A DNA stretch of 64,000 nucleotides. Source: Eledone cirrhosa (lineage: Eukaryota). A program made the position numbers and the translations under genes. The notes under the pieces were generated by a model. That model did not search any database. It was not told the DNA's origin and saw only the letters and a program-made list of their open reading frames with translations. Position 1 is the stretch's first letter; the number at the start of each line of letters is the position of its first letter. The DNA lies in assembly GCA_964016885.1 (NCBI GenBank), contig OZ024741.1, positions 156,736,001 through 156,800,000 of the forward strand, read 5' to 3'. Below, piece by piece: positions 60,186 to 64,000 of the stretch.

Positions 60186-60812
60186 CACACACAGAAATGT
60201 ATATATATTTCTTAGAACAAAATTATTATTAATGTTTTGCTGTTCATAACAATTGGAATTGAAAAATTACTTTTGAAATTATTAGTTATTTTACTAATGC
60301 TTAGATATGTAAAAATGAAGCAATGTTTCTAATAATTGTTTCTACTTTTGGCACAAGGCCAGCAATTAACCAGTACATTACTGGTACTTTATTTTATCGA
60401 CCCCGTGAGGATGAAAGGCAAAGTTAATCTCGGCGGTATTTGAACTCAGACCGTAAAGGGACGTAACTCCATGTTATGAAGCATGGTGTCCGACTCTCTA
60501 CAGATTCTGCCAATCCACCGCCCTAATGTCTGTACGTAATGAGGGAGTGAGAGGGGAGAGAAAGAAAGGCAGAGGTGAAGTGACGAAGTGACTCTCTCCT
60601 CCTCCTCCTCCTCCATCTCCCCATTCGTCACAGCGATAGAGAAGAGGAATGTTAGTGTGTTACAAAGAGAAAGAGTGAGAGTGAGAGAAACAGACAGACT
60701 AAAAGAGAGGGATAGCTGGAGAGAGAGAGAGAGATAGCAACCACGCGCGCACGTGTTTCCATTGTCGGACAGACAGACAGAGAAATTGCTGGTTATATAT
60801 TATAAGGAGATT
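58076..60812 (+). mobile_element. Tandem pair of Helentron/DINE-1-like units with an internal minisatellite
   Basis: gtgggcggttttctgctagcaaatctag at about 58079 and 59545. Unit end acagacagagaaattgctggttatatat at about 59490 and 60775. Hairpin ctagcagaaaaccaccc/gggcggttttctgctag at the junction. Confidence 0.6.
60331..60523 (-). mobile_element. tRNA-SINE family A inserted in the second tandem unit
   Basis: Homology to 2682-2872. Confidence 0.85.
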
Positions 60813-60941
60813 GAAAATGATATGTTTGGTATTAGTAGGATGAAAAATACCGGAAAAATCAATGATAAAGTAATTTAGCATAAACTTGTCATAGAAACTG
60901 TGATATCCCTCCAGACAAATAATATAAAATGAGCTTTAAAC

Positions 60942-61013
<72 letters not shown>

Positions 61014-61716
61014 CTCTCTCTCTTTCTCTCTCTCTCTCTTTCTCACTATATCTCTCTATTTCTCTCTCTCTAGCCCCCTCTCTTACTCTCTTTCCCTCCT
61101 TCTCCCTCTCTCTCCCTATATCTCTTTCTCTCTCTCTCTCTCTTTCTCCCTCTCTCTTTCTCTCTTTCTCCCTCTCTCTCCCTCTCTTTCTTTCTCCCCC
61201 CTCTCTCTCTCTCATTCAATCACGATTAATATTTAGATCAATCAACAGCAATGAAGAAATTAGAACATTTTTCATTAAAATTTCTAAAGGATAATGTATT
61301 GTTGGCCATAAACTTTGCAGATATTAACACCGGAATTCCATAACTGATACAGAGATACGTACACAGAAATGCCGAGAAGCTGAAAGTTTTAGTTCAAATG
61401 TAATGGCGGTTTGTGTATATGTGTGTTTATATGTGTATATGTGTGTGTGTGTGCGTGTGTATATGTGTATGTGTGTGTGTGCGTGTGTGTGTGTGTGTGT
61501 TTGTGTGTTTGTATATATCTATCTATATATAGAGAGAAAAGTGTAGAGAGAGAGATGAGTAAGAGAGAGAAAAAAAAAGAGAGACGATTGAAAGAGAGAG
61601 GGAAAGGAATGAGAGAGAGAGGGGGTAGAGAGAGGGCGAGACTGGAGTAAAGCAGTAACGGAAATGTGCATTAAATATATATATATATATTAGGGAATTT
61701 TATTTACCCGCCCTAG

Positions 61717-61816
<100 letters not shown>

Positions 61817-62667
61817 ATATGTGCCTATACAATCGAAACATGTGCATTAAGTGCTTAAATTAAATGAATTGCCAAGATGAATTTCATTGGTATTTCTCAT
61901 AGTTTTATGGTAATTAATGTCAAATATTTAAAAGTAGATGAATCGATGTTTCAGTTAGAACACTCTGCTGTGTTGATGGTTTGTAGGCGTGATAATATGT
62001 AGCAACACGTGAGACAACTCACACAATTCAGTGTCAGAATTATTTCTTTGTCCGAAGAATGAAGAATGAAATTAAAGTTGCAATTCTACTATTGTATATT
62101 AATAATTTATATCGCGGTTCTTTGCTCGTTAGCCAAGAACACACTTTGAAATCTCTCTCTCTCTATATATATATATGTATGTATGTGTGTATGTATGTGT
62201 GTTGTGTATGTATGTGTGTGAGTGTGTGTGTGTATCTATATGCATGTGTGTATGTGTACGTGTGTGAGTGGGTATGTGTAAATGAGTGAGTATGTGTACG
62301 TATGTGTGTGTGTGTGTGTTTTCCTATTCCGTATCAGTATGTATATTTTTTGTTTTGTTTCCCTCTCCAAAATGTCGAGATTACTCGATTTGTATCGTTG
62401 TTGTCTTGTTCAGTATGCATTGTGTCTTTCGCAAATAGCTCTCTTCTCTCTAAAGATTATTGAGGGCCTAAGAAGAGTAGCACAATCTTTTAAAGCATCC
62501 CAAACAACAAAGACAATCAATAGACAGCTTACGGGTGGTAATTGTCTACGTGTTCGTCATTTCCAAGTTTACTGCGTCCCTCAATTCACTCATGTGTTAA
62601 TTATTTACTGATGAAAAGCTCCTGGCTTTGAGTAAAAGAAAATACAGGAGGATCAGTTAATTTGATT

Positions 62668-62766
62668 TTATTCAACAAATTCCCCTCTAAAATTCACACA
62701 CTTATTGCAGCGGTCCTTCAATTTTTTTAAGCCATGTAAAAAGAACTTGGATGGTTGGGCCTCCAA
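62668..62766 (-). pseudogene. Mariner transposase C-terminal fragment
   Basis: Manual translation LEAQPSKFFLHGLKKLKDRCNKCVNFRGEFVE* matches the typical mariner C-terminus. Confidence 0.7.
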
Positions 62767-62834
62767 GTTTCCTCTGTAAACTCTTAAAGCCAAGAACTTT
62801 TAAGCGCCCCTCTTGTATATACATATATATATAT

Positions 62835-63090
<256 letters not shown>

Positions 63091-63444
63091 TATATATATA
63101 TATTTCCGGATTTTTTTTCCGTTTGAGTTTGTTTTTGTCTCATAACATAGTTGTTTGACAAAAAGAGTTCAATAAAATAAGAACTAAGCATGACAAATTT
63201 TTTTCTGTTGTGATTGACTAAACGCCTTCAAAGCGGTGCCCTAGCTTTGGCACACTATAATGACCGAAACCAGTAAAAGAATGATAGAAACAATATAGGA
63301 ATGAATACACGCATGTGTATGTATGGATGGATGGATGGCCTCTCAATATTTGAGCGTGTATTTTTAAATATGGATGTGCAGATTAAACGGGATAGGAATT
63401 TTACCAACTAATTGAACTCTATTTTGTATCTCCATCCATTTTTC

Positions 63445-63500
<56 letters not shown>

Positions 63501-63625
63501 CTTTCCAGCTCATATAAACTTAACACACTTTCAGATACTTATCCTCCATAAGCTCTTATTCTTCACTCAAATTATTCTCTTTAAGACTACCTTTTCTGAT
63601 TTACTTTCATTTTTAACGTTATTAA

Positions 63626-63876
63626 TTTTATTTTTATTTTTATTTTTGTTTTTGTTTTTGTTTTTATTTTTATTTTTATTTTTATTTTTATTTTTATTTT
63701 TATTTTTATTTTTATTTTTATTTTTATTTTTATTTTTATTTTTATTTTTATTTTTATTTTTATTTTTATTTTTATTTTTATTTTTATTTTTATTTTTATT
63801 TTTATTTTTATTTTTATTTTTATTTTTATTTTTATTTTTATTTTTATTTTTATTTTTATTTTTATTTTTATTTTTA
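63626..63876. repeat. (TTTTTA)n hexanucleotide repeat
   Basis: Direct run. Confidence 0.95.
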
Positions 63877-64000
63877 CTTCACATCCACCACTAACCCCCC
63901 CCCCCCACACACACACACTTTACTCTCCGATTCACTACCTAATATCTTCACTTTCCACCTTTTACTTCCCTTTTTTCTTCACTACCTGATTACACATGTC

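Noticed and set aside
62608-62635. CTGATGA aaagc-tcctg-gcttt GAG motif
   Set aside because: Stem II is present, but GAAA and the cleavage triplet are missing.

Overview
Eukaryotic, AT-rich, microsatellite-dense intergenic or intronic DNA; the SINE and LINE families suggest a coleoid cephalopod such as an octopus (inference). I found no host gene. Nearly all recognisable content is mobile DNA: a decayed R4/Dong-type RLE LINE and a near full-length Tx1/L1-type LINE sitting head-to-head in one (TAA)n tract, at least six Penelope-like element (PLE) copies or fragments, an RTE-type endonuclease relic, a mariner fragment, Helentron/DINE-1-like elements and two tRNA-SINE families. The main hidden signal is RNA-level: about 30 type I hammerhead ribozyme (HHR) motifs found by eye. 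Nine lie in an apparently identical 310-bp tandem array (38390-41474) that flips orientation at about 40081, which fits a retrozyme (circular-RNA-producing, non-autonomous retroelement). A second ~425-bp retrozyme-like family shows stem I covariation and a conserved octamer motif. The other HHRs sit in PLE terminal repeats and perfect fold-back insertions, and include recurrent non-canonical cores (CAGAAGA, CCGACGA, U.U closing stem II). All structures were derived manually and none has been tested for activity.
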